25,488 bases of DNA, taken from Fibrobacteria bacterium (GTDB lineage Bacteria > Fibrobacterota > Chitinivibrionia > Chitinivibrionales > FEN-1185). Where the stretch lies: NCBI GenBank assembly GCA_037447435.1, contig JBBIGR010000057.1, forward strand, positions 1 to 25,488. The letters run 5' to 3'. The notes under the pieces were generated by a model. The model worked only from the letters and a program-made list of their open reading frames with translations, searched no databases and was not told the origin of the DNA. The translations under genes were made by a program, and so were the position numbers. Positions 25,413 through 25,488 of this stretch are shown here, in pieces (the first letter of the stretch is position 1; each line of letters opens with the position of its first letter).

Positions 25413-25488
25413 ATGATCAAACGAGCGTTGATCGCATTATCGACGATAGCAAGCATAAGTACGGTGTTGTTTTTTTATTGCGCCGCGC
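25413..25488 (+). CDS. 5' end of an exported protein, possibly a lipoprotein (cut by window edge)
   Basis: AGGGAG then ATG; MIKRALIALSTIASISTVLFFYCAA has a basic n-region, a hydrophobic h-region and a Cys. Confidence 0.6.
   Translation, partial: MIKRALIALSTIASISTVLFFYCAA

Overview
Bacterial chromosomal window of moderate GC with about 25 genes, mostly housekeeping and cell-envelope. Left to right: a RAYT-type transposase remnant with REP-like hairpins, a YbgC-like thioesterase, a sigma54 response regulator, an AsmA-like protein, argD, a GT2-polysaccharide deacetylase fusion, a small coiled-coil protein plus M23 peptidase, a Ser/Thr kinase, and a GT9-hypothetical-trxA-B12 radical SAM-GT2 cluster. 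A long minus-strand string follows (in transcription order purA, DUF151 nuclease, hypothetical, panD, LytR_C protein, rsfS, argS, fusA, RecA/KaiC-like ATPase, hypothetical), then a divergent secreted GH19 chitinase and the start of another exported protein. Gene style suggests Fibrobacterota (Chitinivibrionia-like), which is inference only. I saw no rRNA, tRNA, CRISPR array or prophage. No new system is proven. The best leads are (1) a structured, terminator-containing purA leader that I cannot match to a known riboswitch, (2) an EF-G outside the str operon paired with an uncharacterised RecA-fold ATPase, (3) an ArgRS whose HIGH motif reads VVVN, and (4) a possible glycolipid-tailoring set (radical SAM + GT2 + GT2/deacetylase fusion). 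All calls rest on motif recognition by eye; no searches were run.
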